Shown here: positions 13,501-26,800 of the stretch, piece by piece
How positions within the stretch are numbered: position 1 is the stretch's first letter
How the letters are laid out: the number at the start of each line of letters is the position of its first letter
Origin: Amoebophrya sp. A120
Lineage: Eukaryota; Protista; Dinoflagellata
Direction of reading: 5' to 3'
DNA: 64,000 nucleotides
Assembly: GCA_905178155.1 (NCBI GenBank)
Contig: CAJINV010000009.1
Span: 1,671,907-1,735,906, forward strand
Notes under the pieces: generated by a model
Told to the model about the DNA's origin: nothing
What the model saw: the letters and a program-made list of their open reading frames with translations, nothing else
The model's database searches: none
Translations under genes and position numbers: made by a program

Positions 13501-16500
13501 TCTATTTTCATCTTGAGCATGCAAGCTTTTCATGCAATTCACACTACGAAGTAGTACGATGCTTTTGCTTTTACACAGGATAGTCCGATGGAAATTTTGT
13601 GACATCCAGATCGCCATCAACGCGTGAATAAATGAGACTGTAGGTAGACGCATAGTCTAGTGCTCCTATATGACCAGCATGCAATATTTACCAATCTGAT
13701 ATTTATGGATTGGCATCTGTATTCTGTTCGACCCTAAGTCTTGAACTGTCCCGCGAGCTGCCGCTGTTCTTTGTCGTCTTTGTACTAGTCTGTCTTCTTA
13801 TAAATACGAAAAATATAAAGTAAACAAAAAATCGTGCTGCATGAGCAGGTTCACAGATTGATGTTAGGTCATGTTCATGGCGATTAGGTGCTCTTTGTAG
13901 TGGTGGATACTGCATCCTTGCTGGGCTTTGCCTTCTTGGCCGCTTTCGGTGCGGCACCCTTAGCGCCCTTGCCTTTTCCCTTGCCTTTCCCTTTACCGCT
14001 GGACGAAGGCTGTAGTGGGTAGTGAGTGGGTCGATGCTATAGAAGGAAATACTAGGTACGTGTTAATAAGTTTGCACTGCGATCGACGAAATTATCTGAG
14101 ATGAAAGAAGAGCAACATCATCCATCGTCGTCTAATTCAACTTCTTGTCATAAGTACTTTGCTCTCCTCATCGGCAGAAGGAGTCGGCTCTCCTGCGTCG
14201 GCGCTGGGCAGCTCCCCGGCGGAGCCCGGTCCGGTCTTGGATTTGGCGTTTTTCTTCGTTCCCACGACCGACGTTGCCTTGGCCTTCGCGTTCTGATCGT
14301 TGCTGGTCATGAAAGGATCGGTTTTCAGGCTTTTCAGGGCCTGCCAGTAGCTCGTCGTCTCGTACTGTGCGTAGGACTGACGGCATCGGAAGAAAACACT
14401 GTTGCACTGGAAATTTATGATGCATAGAATGGAGCATCAAAGACGCATTTGTCTTGCTACGAATACAAGGCGCTTTTTTTTCCCTTTGGAAGTACGCATG
14501 TCAAGTTTTCTTATCTGTCATAAGTAAACGAACTTGCAATACAAATTTTGCAGAATAGTCATTACAGTGAAACACTTTTTGCTCACGATAGACGGGGGAC
14601 CGAAACCATGGTCGCGGTTTTGCCGAAGCTGTTCTGCGAACTTACCTTCTTCACGATGGATGAGTTTTTCTTTACCACATTTGTCTATCCAACTGCACAC
14701 AAGTGCCCCTCCCGCAGCTTTTTTTGCACGGACATGTCAATGATACGAAGTTCCGATTTAGGACGGCGTGCTTTTCCGGGTGATGCTGATGCCTTTGCTT
14801 GGAAGCGGCATGAATCAGAAACCAGCAACAGGCTCCAGCTCTGGATGCATGCATCCCATCAATCGTCTGCTGCAACAAAGTAAAAGGGGTCGTGGCCTAT
14901 CCGACACAAAAGTATCAATAATTTTAGTTGCCTTATATCGGAAACATCAACATAAACATTCACCATATACTTGCATGGTTCGCTGCGATTCTGTTCAATA
15001 ATAGCACCAATTTGCAGCTGGCAGCTGCAAATTGCGATGGCGATGGCGATGCAGCTGCATCGCCATCGCAAAAACTAAAACAAAAAAAAGGCCAAGGCAC
15101 AGCAATAGTGCTGGCGCTTTTCGTGCAAGCAAAGACAAGCGCTGCTGCTCCCGTCCTCGCCTGGGATTTTCCTGGTCAGACCACTTCTTGATCTTGTTCT
15201 TGGGGCGGGGCACTTGTCACGTGGGGATACCGTCGACTGCTTCTTCATCATCATCTGGTCACCCTCTGCGCCTTCGACTTCCAGCAAGGTGGACCCGCCC
15301 TGGGCCACCTCGGCAGAGGCGGCAATCACCTGCGCGCCGTCTTGCTCGCCATCCACGGCGAGCCCGGTGACAAACTCCGACCGTCGCTGCAACTCCGACT
15401 TGTGCGAGTTGATGCGCTGCACCGCCGATTTACGGCCAATATCCGACAGCTTTTTCGCAAACTCCTCGGCTGCTTGCTCGTCCTCGTTCACGGTGCGCTC
15501 GTGCTCAAGGCGGGCTTCCTCCGTTTGCGCGTCAAAGTTGTACATCCAGGTAATCTATCCTGCGCAAAAAGTATCGCGCTCGTTTGTTGTTTCAATTCAA
15601 TGAAATGAGAAAGAGAAAGATACAAATTTTTTTTTAATACAAATCACAAACCTAAAACAGCGAGAAAATTCGGTAGCGAGGACATCAGATCGGAGATGGC
15701 GGCGATCCAGGCTCGTCATCACTGATTTTCGCGGTTCCAGTTCAACAACAAAAATATGCAGATTATTTATATTTCTGAATATAAATTATTTTCTAAACGA
15801 GATTTATTTCTGCCAGGCAGGTGCAACCTTTCACCATTCGATTTGTACGAGTACGCGAATATTTTTGCAATGCATAAGATCGCTGTTGCGACGTCGATAC
15901 GATTGAATTTCCGGTTGATGTTCGCGATCGTGCGGAAGACCTTGAACTTAAACGGGAGGACATACCCTTCTCAAATAACACATGGACTGCTGTTTTTCAT
16001 GGCCAATCCTGTCTGTTTATTCTATCTTGTGATGCCAGAAAAATGCGTAGCAAAGGCGGCGTGATGTTGCGCTGGTGTCTACCCCAACCCCTGCTCCTGC
16101 ATCTTCCACGATTACAAATTTCGAACGAATTATCGTGGTGCTCTTCAGCGCCTCATGCGATCCAGCTCAATTATATAAATACCTACTTATCTTCATGCGG
16201 AAACTGCAACTGGTAGCAACTTTGCGCGACTACAAATCGCCAAAAAGAAGGCCGCAACAACAGTCGATGTGATGTTTGATCAATTACCATAAAGGATGAA
16301 GTCCTTGTGGATCTTGCCCTTGCTTGCGTCCAGTTTCATGTTAAAGCAATGCCACTCTGCACTGAAATTCACGCCGAAGTGCAGGATGTCGTAGAAGAGA
16401 TCTTTGATAACAATGATGGCAAACGAAGAGGGCGACAGCTTCAGGAGCGCGCCGCGCCCGTAGGCGTAACGGTACAGATCAAGGACACCTGTAATTTTTT

Positions 16501-19500
16501 CGAAGAAGTAGTTTTTTGTCATTGTCTCCTCGTCCACGTCGGCAACCGGAGATCATACTTTCTTGACACAGTACGTGAATCGAACGGTTTTTCCGCATTT
16601 GCATGACCAGAAACGGTGACCTCCACGACCTCCAGCATTGCTGATAGTGATATTGATTATTGCGTTTCTACTGTTTCTGTTTGCTGGTTCGTTTGATGTG
16701 GCATGGATGTATGTTGTGCACGACTTGGTGGTATAAAACAAAAAGCATGAGCAATCTGAGCATTGACTGAATTTACCATTGACGAGAATGCGGACGTAGT
16801 TCGCTATCCCACAGAAAAGTATTCCCCCCCCCCCAGATTCTTCGTGTATCTATTACTATTAGAGTCACTCGGGATGATCGTGCTTTTTGTTATTTTCAGT
16901 GCTTGCCACTACGATTCCGGTGCTTTTCTCTGCCCAGCCTGACACATCTTTTTTGCGCCCCTCGCTCTCACGTAATCGTTGTCAAGAGCCCGCCACATTG
17001 AACTCAGCCTCTGCCTCTGCGTTGATCTGCATGATAGAAAAGTGCGCTTTCCCTTTGTGGCGTCCGCATCTTCCTGTTGTACAGGTAAAAAAATGCAAAA
17101 CAAAAAGAGTTTTGTTTGCGTATGAATACGGGATGGGGGTACTTTTCCACAGGATATTTTCCAACTCCCACTTGTCCTCCGGCGTGAGGGGGCAGCCCTG
17201 GTTGAAGGCGGTGCGTTATCACACAGAAAAAAGCCGGCAGGGCATATTTGTATATCTATATCTTAATATGAAAATACGATTGAAGTCAACTCTCTTGAAT
17301 GTCTTTATGGACAGAAGCGCGCTAGCATGGGCTCGCCCTTTTCGTTTTGCTAGTTAATTTTTGCATGAGTACAAATATGCCCGGCCGGCCTTGTTTTTCT
17401 GTAGGATATGCATCGACAGATGCAGAAGAGAAACAGCGGGCCGACCTTCTTGCTGCCGACCGGCACTTATGCACCGCGAAAGAGAATTATCGCATTGGTA
17501 GTAATTGCACGGAATCCACCTTCCACACGCACACCAGCAGGGGGTTTCAAAAACAAAGGGAAATGCACTTTCGGGTTCTGATTTAGCCCTGTGTTGCCAT
17601 ACGGTAATACCAACAAAGGAAAGCGAAGCACAAACAATCCACAGACGCAATCCGATTGCGTCGAAAAAGAAGGGGTCACAATTCCTTGCGGTCGCAGTGC
17701 TGATATAGGTATAGCCTAGGAAAGAGGTTCGCGCTTGTTGCAATCAGTACGAGCACAATAGAACTTCTGCAGAGCGTAGCACCCAGACTGAGAAGAATAT
17801 CGTTGCGAACAACAATTCCATTATGGTTTTGAAAAGGAAGCCACTATCTGCCGTCGCTTCCTGCACGGCCGGAAGAGCCGCCCGCAGGTAGATTGCTCCG
17901 ATCACAGCCCACATCGCGTAGGAGACCTATCGACAGCCAATTTCCTGCACACGTACGAAATGCATCACAAATTTCGCCATTTTAGACAGAGTACCAGGCT
18001 GGATAAGAGTGAGAGAAAAAAGTTTGTCATGCAGAGACCACATCTGTAGTAAGTGTGCGGGAAATTTACAACTGTGCATAAGACCACCGCGCACATCGTG
18101 ACTCCAAGCTGCAGGGCTAACGGCACGCGCCACGGTTTCATGAGCATGTTGCAGACCAGCAAGGCTACGAAAGGGGCTGGACCCTTGAGGAGAGTGAGCT
18201 GCAAAATTTATTTTTGTTCCGCGATTTCGTATATCATTGTTCGGAAAAAGTCGCCTACTAGAGTGTTGACTCACGGCTAGGAGGTTGACTCCCGAGTAAC
18301 ACACGACGTTCAGTGAAATAAACAAGAATTATTACAACGACTACCATCTCAAAAACAAAATTATATTTATCCGAAACTTCGAAGAGTTCTTCTTCTTGCT
18401 GTAGCCTGCATTATATTGAAGTCATGTCTGTCATACTACTACTAGCATATCTTTTAGGTTGTAGAACATATGAGATCGCAGGGACGACAGCCACGGAGTA
18501 CGTAGTAAGTTACATCATCGTATTCATACGCACGTACTTCCTTACCAGTCCGGTTTTTCCTTCCGTTGTGTGCGTGTTCCAGAGAGCCAAAGCGTGGAGG
18601 ACACAGAAGGCGGCGTACGCTCCCTGCGAAGGCAAGCCCCAGAGGTATGGAATTCTCAAGCGTTACATGAATTTCTGATGCTAAAAAAACAATGAACATC
18701 AATGAAGCCCCTGAGTAATAGCTCGTAGAGCCCTGTCATCTTCCACTAAGTGAAACATCAATAGTGAGGCTCCCAGGGCGCCTGGAGGTGAGAAACGAGG
18801 ATGGCAACTATAGCCGACCATACCAACTGATCGACCAGGAAATGAGGAAGTGGGTTCGTTATGAGGAACGCAAATGCTCCGAGATAACACGAATGAATAT
18901 CCCGCACAACCTCTGCCAACCACTGCCCTCGATTTCACGAATGAAAAGGCAGATAGGCCGCAATTCAAGAACTCCGGCTGCTCTTCCCGAAGCAAGCTCA
19001 ACCACCTCCCACAAAGAGCAAGCCACGGGGAACTGATGCAAAAAAAAGCAGGATGCTAAAAAAAACAACCGCGACGGTCATTTTGCATGATAGATTACAC
19101 GTCAATCATGTATAATTATAGCATCAAGTGAGAATGTAACGTTTGAGAATGCCATAAGATGTTGAACATGACCGTCATAGATATGAACTGGATGAGCCAC
19201 CAGATATGCGGGTGCACACCCCCCCTCGTCCACCGCATGTTGTGAACGGTAGCTTTTAGTTTTACGCTACTGGCAACAAAATAAGCTTAAACATCAGAAG
19301 CACGGTAGCTTTGGCATGGCAAATGTGGTGACGAGTAGTTACTAGTGTGGTGCCCTGCTGCTTCGGATTTAGAAATGATTTGCTTGGGTAGAACCAGTGC
19401 CACAAAATGAGGATGAAGTAGAAGGAGGTACCAGGTGGAGAGAGTGTGTGCTTCATCGGTATTTTCCATTTTACAAATGAGAAAAAGGGGGAGTTGTGCA

Positions 19501-22249
19501 ACAATCGGATACCAGGACATGTAGGTGTAGGCGATGACATCGGTGATCCCGTAGGAAGACATACGTGGGCCCAAGAAGTATGGCCTTCTCAGCTGTTGCA
19601 CTCCCAGCCGTTGCAAACTTTAATTTGTATTTCTATTTCGAAGACCAGCAAGAGCACAAAAGGCGGAACATCGACACGACACGCTGTCTCGTTCGCATGA
19701 CAAATTTTGGGAAGATTTCGACGCAAATTAGGGCATCTAAAATTTCCAATGCGAGAGTAGAGGATGAGGTTGAGGATGGCGATGGGGGACGGAAACAATA
19801 AACAAATGAAACGCGACACAGATAATTTTGCATGACTGAGCTTGACAAACGTGTTGGCTACGTACTAACAGCTGAGAATGTATAACAGCTGAGAAGGCCA
19901 TAAGAAATAGAAGTTCATCTTGGAGTCCTCGAAAATAGCCAAGTCGCAAGAATTATGCATTGCGAATATGCCTGGTTCTGGAATAAAAAAAGTAGATTTT
20001 TTTGTGACGCTTACTTTGAAGCACACAAAACTCTGCGTTGTATGACTGGCAAAAGCTACCAAACTTTTCGCTTTACTAGTCAAACGCAAAAGGCAAATTC
20101 AAACAGATGAAAGTTTTTCATGTGAAATCAGATGCATGGCGAAGGAGTATTCGCAAGACCTGTGCTGCTTTTGCGCTCATTGTCATTCTCAATTCATAAC
20201 GCAAGGCCCGCATGACAAACAGCCACACGGCACTATTCCAGACCCAGACATATTGGCTCTTGATAAGAAGGCTCCGGATTACCGGTACTCGGTACGACAC
20301 CTGGAGCGGCGTTCCAGTAGCATTTGTCGTTTGTTGCGCATGCAGCGGCACCAGTGCTAAGTCCGCCACAAGCAGTGGCGTCCACTGGGTATTCGTAATC
20401 TCGGATTGACTCGCGGACCTGCGGGCCCGTGTAGAAACAGCCGTCACCTAACAGTTCAATATTAAGTTGCAGTTGAAGTACTTATTCGCATAATTTGTGA
20501 TTACATTGTTCCTAGATCATCATGATCCACAATATTGTCGTCGTCGAGATCATCATCTACATCTAGTGAAGACGATCTACTGGCTCCTCATGAACCTCGC
20601 TCACATTCATTATCATCGCCCTGAAGATATAGATAATTTGGTTGGCTCCATCAGCAGGTCATAGTCGTCGCGTCTTAGTCTTCTTCGGGCAGGATAAACA
20701 CATACTCAAAGGTGGATGAATAAACACAACAACAACATTTACATCGACACCCGGGAAAGAAATATGGAATAAATGCCACGCTGTCACCGGAAATCGAAAT
20801 CATGTGGAAATAACACGCAATGCACGAAAAAATGCCAGGCACCAAGCGCCTGTCTTGCAGGGATGACAATTGCGCCGACTGTCTGAACACCATATACAAG
20901 TTGAGTCTTCTATGCAGCGACAAGATTTGTCACTTAGAAAAGTAGGTGGGCGAAAACGGTAGCGATTGGATGCGTCACAAAATGTTTTCATTCTATCGAT
21001 TACCAACCTGAAACCAACTGTAAAGCCAATGAATGCATATATCTTTATTTACGTATATTGCAATAATGAAATGTGAATTGTGATGAGTCCATGGATGTAA
21101 GAAAAAAAATATCAATATTGTTACCTGTATACGGAATGGTCTTGAGGAGGACCCAGATGAAGTGAAAAAACAGGGGCAAGGCGAGGACGAAGAGATGCTT
21201 CCTGAAGTATGCAAACTATGTATGACTATGAAAAAAACCACCGCGACGCCCGAAGGAAAGAACAAAAGAAATGCGCATATTGATATAAAGCATAAGCATC
21301 ATGAATTGCGTCCACGAACCAGCTCGTGATGGCAGAAGAGAACATACTAGTGCAGAAAGGCAGATGACGGTAGACGTGACTCATGCGTAGCAGCAACATC
21401 ATGCATTGCCTTTAGACTGTCGTGGGAGAAGGCTGCTGATCCACGATGCAATTTGTTTAGTTGGTTTGAATCAGGTCGTGGGGGAGGGCAAGGGAGATTT
21501 TCCTCACGGTACTTCGTTCCGTTCCACACTTTCATCTCGTCTGGAACGTCGGAATATGCATTGTAAATGCTTATGTCGCGGGGTCTGGAGACGTCAACGC
21601 GCAATGCTAGTTGTTCCAGGATCTCCTTGAGAAAGGGACTTACTTTCCTTTAGTTTTACCCACCCACGCATGACATTTTTTTATGCGTAAACAGTAGCAG
21701 AATGCCTGACCTGAGGGAGAGGGGTTGCGTTTTTGCATGACAAATATAAGCACTTAAATATGTAAGTTGTGCTGATCCGGTCGCCGCGTCACAGATTTTG
21801 GCTTCACTCGAAGTCCGCACGACAGGTTTGCATTTGTCTAGACCCGGGCATATGTGCATTTGATACTTTAAAAAAAATTCTGGGCCGGGTGTCCACCTTC
21901 GTTATAGACTGGAAACGAGCGACTTGTTTGAAGAGGGGACTAAAGCCACGTGATGTTGATGTTTTTGTTGCATCATATACAGAAAAGCTTCGCTGGACAA
22001 GGACAAACTCAAACTGTTGCTGATTCTTGTTTCTTCTTGGATTCGGGGTTTAGTCTTAACCTATCGATTCGGAAAACAACAAGTCGCGACTCAATTTCCG
22101 TGCGTAGTCGCGACGGACTTGACCGCCCCGAAGACGCTTTTCATCACCCTTTGGCCGGTCGACTTCGTTTTGACGGCAGCCGTATTTGCGCGCTCTAGCT
22201 CCCCTCCATCGGAGAGCTGGTTTTCGATGTCCTGCTGCGCACCCGACAT
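10578..22249 (-). CDS. Large multi-exon, multi-pass membrane protein of unknown function (5' end and several joins uncertain)
   Basis: Exons rejoin across elements, e.g. GDGCFYTG...CATNDKCYW...PEPS|CDLAIFEDSKMNFYF|LGPRMSSYGITDVIAYTYMSW|WLIQFISMTVMFNI|WGLPSQGAYAAFCVLHAL. Many hydrophobic segments. Last exon ends ...WMPLSFNP at 10578. Joins at 12.6-13.9 kb and 20.5-21.3 kb are unresolved. Confidence 0.5.
11139..11446. mobile_element. Introner, family C
   Basis: TATGGCACACTCAAGCGTTACAT ... ATGTAACGTTGGAGAGCCCCATA; TSD TCAGG/CCAGG; joins LASYL|SITCS. Confidence 0.8.
14384..14590. mobile_element. Introner, family B (diverged; left end CAT instead of TAT)
   Basis: CATCGGAAGAAAACACTG ... AACACTTTTTGCTCACGATA; perfect TSD GACGG; joins VSVPR|QSYAQY. 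Confidence 0.7.
14686..15229. mobile_element. Introner, family D-like, 544 bp
   Basis: TATCCAACTGCACACAAGTGCCCCTCCC ... GGGCGGGGCACTTGTCACGTGGGGATA; TSD TTGTC/CCGTC; joins KKQST|NVVKK. Confidence 0.72.
15556..15876. mobile_element. Introner, family H
   Basis: TATCCTGCGCAAAAAGTATCGCG ... CGCGAATATTTTTGCAATGCATA; TSD TAATC/AGATC; joins VATAI|TWMYNFD. Confidence 0.75.
16805..17156. mobile_element. Introner, diverged (H-like)
   Basis: TATCCCACAGAAAAGTATTCCCC ... GGGGGTACTTTTCCACAGGATA; TSD TTCGC/TTTTC; joins KWELE|NYVRIL. Confidence 0.62.
17928..18080. mobile_element. Introner, family G
   Basis: TATCGACAGCCAATTTCCTGCACAC ... GTGTGCGGGAAATTTACAACTGTGCATA; perfect TSD AGACC; similar to 35489-35639. 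Confidence 0.85.
18646..19156. mobile_element. Introner, family C, 511 bp
   Basis: TATGGAATTCTCAAGCGTTACAT ... ATGTAACGTTTGAGAATGCCATA; TSD AGAGG/AGATG. Confidence 0.8.
19205..19511. mobile_element. Introner, family D (diverged)
   Basis: TATGCGGGTGCACACCCCCCCT ... AGGGGGAGTTGTGCAACAATCGGATA; TSD CCAGA/CCAGG; frame restored. Confidence 0.7.
19579..19902. mobile_element. Introner, family C
   Basis: Perfect 19-bp TIR TATGGCCTTCTCAGCTGTT; TSD AGAAG/AGAAA. Confidence 0.85.
19954..20265. mobile_element. Introner, family A (diverged)
   Basis: TATGCATTGCGAATATGCCTGGTTCTGGAA ... TTCCAGACCCAGACATATTGGCTCTTGATA; TSD AGAAT/AGAAG. Confidence 0.8.
21555..21865. mobile_element. Decayed family A introner
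   Basis: Degenerate TIRs containing GGGTCTGGA / TCTAGACCCGG; TSD no longer recognisable; joins PRIFFK|SDVPDEMK in frame. Confidence 0.5.
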
Positions 22250-23822
22250 CTTCTGCTATGAACCAGAAGTGAAAGACGAGTCAACGAATGTATTGGTGCC
22301 CCTTCGGCGTACTTTTAGTAAACAAGTATATTTCCCTTGCACTAACTTGAAGACCGTGACACGAGAGTTTCTTCCTTTCAAAAAATAAACAAGTATCTGC
22401 GCCGCGACGCCGAGAACGTCTTAAGGTAATTCTAATAAATTGATTGGGAAAAGTCTTACTCAAGGTACTTAATTGAATGGGGGGCAAAAAGAAGACCACG
22501 AACACAGCCATCGCCATGAATTAGATTTGAAGAACTGAGACTGAAGTTGAAAAAAATAAACATGAAATAGAAGTTTTGGTTGATGAAGAGGCAGGCCCGC
22601 TCCCGCTGTCCTTCTTGCCTGGATAATGACAAACTTTCTGAGACGAGGATGTTTCGCTTCGTCCGTCACAGACTCGGAGGAGTCGGAAAAAAATGGAACA
22701 GGTACGAGAAACACCACACTTAAAAAAAGATAGGACTGCCACCGACCACACGCGAAGGAATGAAGAGAAAGCACTGGAGTCCTCTCTGACATTCGAAATT
22801 GGACGGAAGGAATGCATGGGAAAATGTTGACGAGGACCACAACGGAGCGTAGCTGCAGCCGGCCCTCAGAACAAGTAACAAACTCACATTAGACTTAATC
22901 TGAAATATGTATCGTCTTTGTATGAAAAACTTCTGAGGCGACTCGCAACACTCACAAACAAAATAAACAGCATGCCGCTCCTCGAAAAAAAAATGTCGCA
23001 GAAGAAAGACATGCAACATGCGGGCTTTTTCCAAACTACAAGGTGTAGAAAAAAAGAATATAGAAAGCCCCACTTGTACTTCTCTCCTCGATCTGGTCGC
23101 TGCGATGTATGAACACCGGAAGCTTTTCTTCCGCACACGTGTGAAGATTTTCTTGGCAGTTCTCTCCTTGTCCACAGGAGACTTTTGAAGATTGATTACG
23201 TTTTCAGCTTTCATTTGACATTTATACAGATCTGTGAGAGTCGTAGGGTCTTCACAAGTAAGGCTACAAATGACTAAAAAAACTACCATACTTGACATAC
23301 TTCTTTCATATTCATTATCATTGCAAAACATGACGATACGTCCCGCCTTGTGGATCAGGCCCAGCAAGAACGCAGGAGTTCGACCGTAAAGACTTTTTTT
23401 ATTTTTCAGAGTTCTCGAACTCGGACTCAGAAATGAGTCCTTACCAAGCTCAGCTCGTTAGAAGATGTGGGTGTGGTTTTCGTTGTAATCATGGTGAATC
23501 AAAGGAGCATGTAGTCTGTTACAGTTTGAGAAAATTGTTGAATCAGTTGAACTGAAACTAGTACTGTACATGGGCAGACGATGAACTATCTATGGATGTG
23601 TTGATATTCAAAAGAAGATGTTGAAGTTCTGTTCTGAAAACAAATAATCGCAAAGAAAACTCAGCGCCATCAAAAGCCTCGTCCGCGTAGTTGTTCCACT
23701 GCATCGCCCGTATTGCGGGGGTCCTCAAGTATATTAAGTAAAATGGTTCATCGTGGCATCCGTTACAATACTTAATACATAAAGCGGATATTTCGGTGCA
23801 ATACGACCACGACCGGCTAAGT

Positions 23823-26800
23823 TTATTTACTTCCAGTTTTTTTCCCGCCCGGGGCAGCTGCCGCAGCGCCTCCCGTCGCGGCTGGTGGGAGCTGTTGCAC
23901 GATGCTTGCAGTTGCTGATGTAGAGCTGCTGGTCGTTGTAGCACTAGCACTGGCAGAGTTCGCTGTTGTAGACAAGGGCTCACCTATTCGGCGAAGGTTG
24001 TCTACGCTGGGCCGCAGCGAGCGTGTCGTGCTGGTCGTGTGTTCCCCCGCTCCTGCGACAGTAGTACTGGCATTAACCGTAGTACCGCTCGAGGAAGATG
24101 TTGTGGGTGTGACAGTCGCGGTCGGTGCGCCGGCTTTTGTCGTGTCTTTCGAAGGGATTCTCTTTGGTCCGGGACCCGTACTGGTACTGCTTGTTCCGTT
24201 TGCTGGGCCGCCGAGACTATTATTCTCGCCCGCCGACACTGCCGCTTTAGAGGAAAACGCAGATGATGCAGTTGTGCCCCCTTGGCGGTAGCTTTCCCTG
24301 GTTGTCGCGGGAACGGACGCTCTGACCTCTTGCAACACCTCGCGGATGTGCTGCTTCGTGGTTGTACTGCTGCCTTGCTGTAGTTCTACTTCCGCCCCCG
24401 CGTTTGCTTGTTTACTCGTCGTCCCAGTATCGAACAGATTCATTTTGCTGCCGCTCGGTAAAAATGCAGATGTAGTTGAAGAGGAAGACGCTCCTCCTGC
24501 GGCAGAAGTGCCGGTCAACACGGGAGCAGGGGGTACGTGACGGTCGACAATGTGCAAGTTTCCGTCATCGTCCACGTAAGCCGACGGCTGGTACTCGTCC
24601 TCCACCACCACCGCACCGACAACGGGCCCCCCAGACGTGGAGACGAGAGAGGTGGCGTTGTAGCGCACCCGCGTGCTGCCCTGACTCGAGAGGTAGAACG
24701 TCGCTTTCCGCTTGTTGATTGACAGCACGCCGTCCTCCGCCGCGGCGGAAACGGAAGCCGCATCTTGATCGGGCGGTGGAGGTGTAGTAGTCGGAGGTGC
24801 AGTTGCACTTGCATTTTGAGATGTTGAGCAGGACGAAGATGAAGAACCTCCACCTCGCGTGGTTTGCTCTTCAGGCGTCGTGACCCGCGTGTTGGTATTG
24901 CTAGCACTCGCGCCGGGTAGAGTAGAACTAGTAGTGCCGGGCATGGGCATTCCGGGCCTGGGCGGCAATCTGGCGAAGCTTTCGTCGACGGCTTTCTTCA
25001 AGCCCTCGGCCTCGCTTTGCTGCTCGGGCGAAACCTTGTTGCTACTACTGTTGCTGCGCACGGAATTCAAGTCAACCGAGTCGACATTTATGGCACCAGA
25101 TGTTCCAGACGTAGCACCCGAAGTTGTACTGTCTAGCGTCGCGCTCGTCGTGGTCGTCTCCTCATTCGGATTGTGATTGTTTCCACCTCCTGTTGCGAGC
25201 TGCGCAGGCGTTTTTGTGGACCTATTCGCAGCACTACTTTCGCCGATGCCCCAGGCGGTGGGGACCTCGCTGGCGTCCATGATCATTCCCGTCGGAATGT
25301 GGCGGTTACTGGTCACACCATTGGAGGCCCCTCCGAGCACCGGCCGCCCAACGATTGCGCCGCTCCCTGGTTGGTAGTACGAGTTCCGCCCAGCCCTGTT
25401 CGGGTAATTTGTGCTGTCGTGATAGTAGGTAGAAAAGTGCTGCTGTTGATGAAGGGGGTTGTTTTCGTCGTAATGCTGAGTTCCATCTCGGACTGAGGAT
25501 TTATTTCTCCCCCGCATCCGCCCAATGAAGACCACCAGGCCGAATACCAGCGCGCCCAGACCGACCGCGGTGAGGATGACGCGGGCCGTTTCGTTGTTCG
25601 CGCGTTGCGTGTTCGGGTCGTTGTCCAGACGCACAATTTCGTACACGGGCACCGCCCCCCGCCGACACTCGGCCACGCACGACTGCGCCACGTCGATGTC
25701 GATCCGGCAACGGCCGTTCGCGACCGCGGTCTCACAGTCCAGGACGAAGACGCCCTCCACGTTCTTCACGACGTAGTTCGGTCGGTCCGCGAGCTCTTCG
25801 TGCAGCGCGTTCTGCAGCACTTCCGTGTCGGTTGTGGCCCGCGCGAGCGTGTCCTGCATTCTCTTCAGCGTGTCCTGTGGATCCGGTGCCCGCATCAGCG
25901 TGATCTCGTGCCCGGTCGTGAGGTAGCGATCGGCCGTGCGGACGGTGGTAGAAGAGGACGTCAATTGTCTAGTTGTTGTACCTGCAGCTGTTGTACCCGC
26001 ACTGCTCGTCTGGGAAGGCGACGCAACCTTCCTAGCCTGCAACTTTCGCACCACCTGTTTCGGAAGCAAATTTCTGTGGGGCATGTCGATCTCGAGGACA
26101 TCATGACTCTGTGCCCTCATCAACATGTCGCTATCGTATCCTACTTTATTTGAGATCTTCGAACCAGTCATGGACGATAAGGTGCGAAGAAACTTGTTGA
26201 ATCTCTTCTTCTTGCTGCTGCTGGCCACGACCTCCACCCCAGCTGCCAGCAATTTTATCGGCCTCAACCGCAAGTCATGGTCGTACTCCTCGGGCCCTCT
26301 CCTGCCTGGAGATCGAGATTCTACTCTTTCATGATCTTCGCCGGGCACTATTTCAGTTGGAACTCGACCTACGCCAGCGCGTCGAGCCAGCTGCACACCG
26401 CGCTTTGCCGCACTGTCCGCAGGGTTTGTCTCGATAGCAGCAGGACGGCGCGAAGTAGACACGACCATGAGTGCTTTTTGTCTCGTTGCTTCCTCGTCCG
26501 CTACCAAATGTCTGTCTCTGTGTAGCAGGTCTAGTACTGCTATCCCTATCTTTTCTTGAAACCGGTGGTCTCTATCACCACGGGCCTCCGTCTCTTCCTC
26601 CTCGCCTCTTCTTCTAAACGCCCCGGCATTGTTGGTCGCGATGGCGACACTTCGAACCTGAAAGCTGTTGATCCGCACTTTCGACTATCAAATGTAAAAA
26701 TGTCTGGGTCTGTAAGATTCATGCTGTTTTTGCATGACACAGAAGGTCTGGCATGGAAGCTCTAGCATCACAGGTTTCGAGAAGCTTCCGCAATGCCGAA

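Noticed and set aside
13050-13582. Partial F-like (right end 13337) and H-like (13389-13582) TIR matches; also H-like ~34695-34854
   Set aside because: These are probably decayed elements, but the partner end, TSD or frame could not be fixed confidently, so they are not listed as features.
22521-23367. Possible small multi-exon gene
   Set aside because: No coherent exon chain or motif could be assembled.
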